Shown here: piece by piece, positions 63,147-64,000 of the stretch
Position numbering within the stretch: position 1 is the stretch's first letter
How the letters are laid out: each line of letters starts with the position of its first letter
NCBI RefSeq assembly: GCF_006345805.1
Contig: NC_043001.1
Coordinates: 91,822,001 to 91,886,000 of the forward strand
Source of the DNA: Octopus sinensis
Taxonomy: Eukaryota
Direction: 5' to 3'
Length of the DNA: 64,000 bases
Program-made: the position numbers and the translations under genes
Notes under the pieces: model-generated
Databases searched by the model: none
The model's input: the letters and a program-made list of their open reading frames with translations, nothing else
Told to the model about the DNA's origin: nothing

Positions 63147-63639
63147 AATCAGCATACTTGACTATATATATATATATATAATATTATATATATATATTAT
63201 ATAATAGTATGTATATATATGTATGTATATGCTCACATATGCACATCTAGTTTTTTTCTCAAGAATAATTTGCGTAATTAAAAAAAAGCATAGAATTAAG
63301 GGAAGTAACTCAAAGAGTCACTGGCATGAGTTTACCTAATTCCAAAATCATTTATGGAAATCATGCCTTGTCCAAAAGTATTATGTAAAAAATAAAAAAA
63401 TACGTATTCGCTGACATGCTGATGAGGTCAGCTGGGCGGAAACATATCCATAGTTGTCCTTGACAATTTAAATGGAAGTGGATGAGCTCCAGTGTAAGAC
63501 AAATTTGCCGTTCTGGTTGTGGCTCTTATAAGTGAACACATTTAATTCCGTCCGCTATCATGAAACGATAGGGTTATATATATATATATATATGTTAAAA
63601 ATACCAGCGATTATAATTATTTTTATTTTATCGCAATTT

Positions 63640-63644
63640 GATTT

Positions 63645-63694
<50 letters not shown>

Positions 63695-63700
63695 ATAGAT

Positions 63701-63753
<53 letters not shown>

Positions 63754-63827
63754 AGATATAGATAGATGATAGATAGATAGATGATAGATAGATAGATAGA
63801 TAGATATAGATAGATAGATAGATAGAT

Positions 63828-63858
<31 letters not shown>

Positions 63859-63909
63859 TAATATATATATATATATTATAGATAGATAGATCGATAGATA
63901 GATAGATAT

Positions 63910-63985
<76 letters not shown>
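63640..63985. repeat. Compound (TA)n/(GATA)n microsatellite
   Basis: Direct inspection. Confidence 0.95.
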
Positions 63986-64000
63986 GCGCTCACACAGCAT

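Overview
AT-rich, gene-poor eukaryotic DNA, most likely octopus or another coleoid cephalopod. This is an inference from SINE families that resemble, from memory, published octopus SINEs, and from the very high (TA)n/(TG)n/(GATA)n density. It is probably intronic or intergenic, and no host protein-coding gene could be firmly identified. Nearly all ORFs in the supplied track are artefacts of microsatellites or SINEs. The window is a mosaic of tRNA-headed SINEs (labelled families A-F here for convenience), decayed LINE fragments (RTE/BovB, RTE, CR1/L2-like, Tx1-like), a Penelope-like fragment, DNA-transposon MITEs (mariner, pogo-like, hAT, Merlin-like with 8-bp TSDs), two non-autonomous Helitrons, a hAT transposase relic and one 100-N gap. 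Most interesting signals: (1) minimal type-I hammerhead ribozyme motifs, one sitting behind a tRNA-like A/B-box cassette at the 3' end of a Penelope GIY-YIG ORF, and a second short family with a non-canonical CUGUUGA core; (2) two isolated pre-miRNA-sized near-perfect hairpins; (3) family-B SINE concatemers with recurrent fixed junctions and repeated reuse of one target site; (4) SINE tails matching LINE 3' ends found in the same window; (5) nested fold-back structures that could form long dsRNA. Family names and domain assignments are from memory and were not database-checked.
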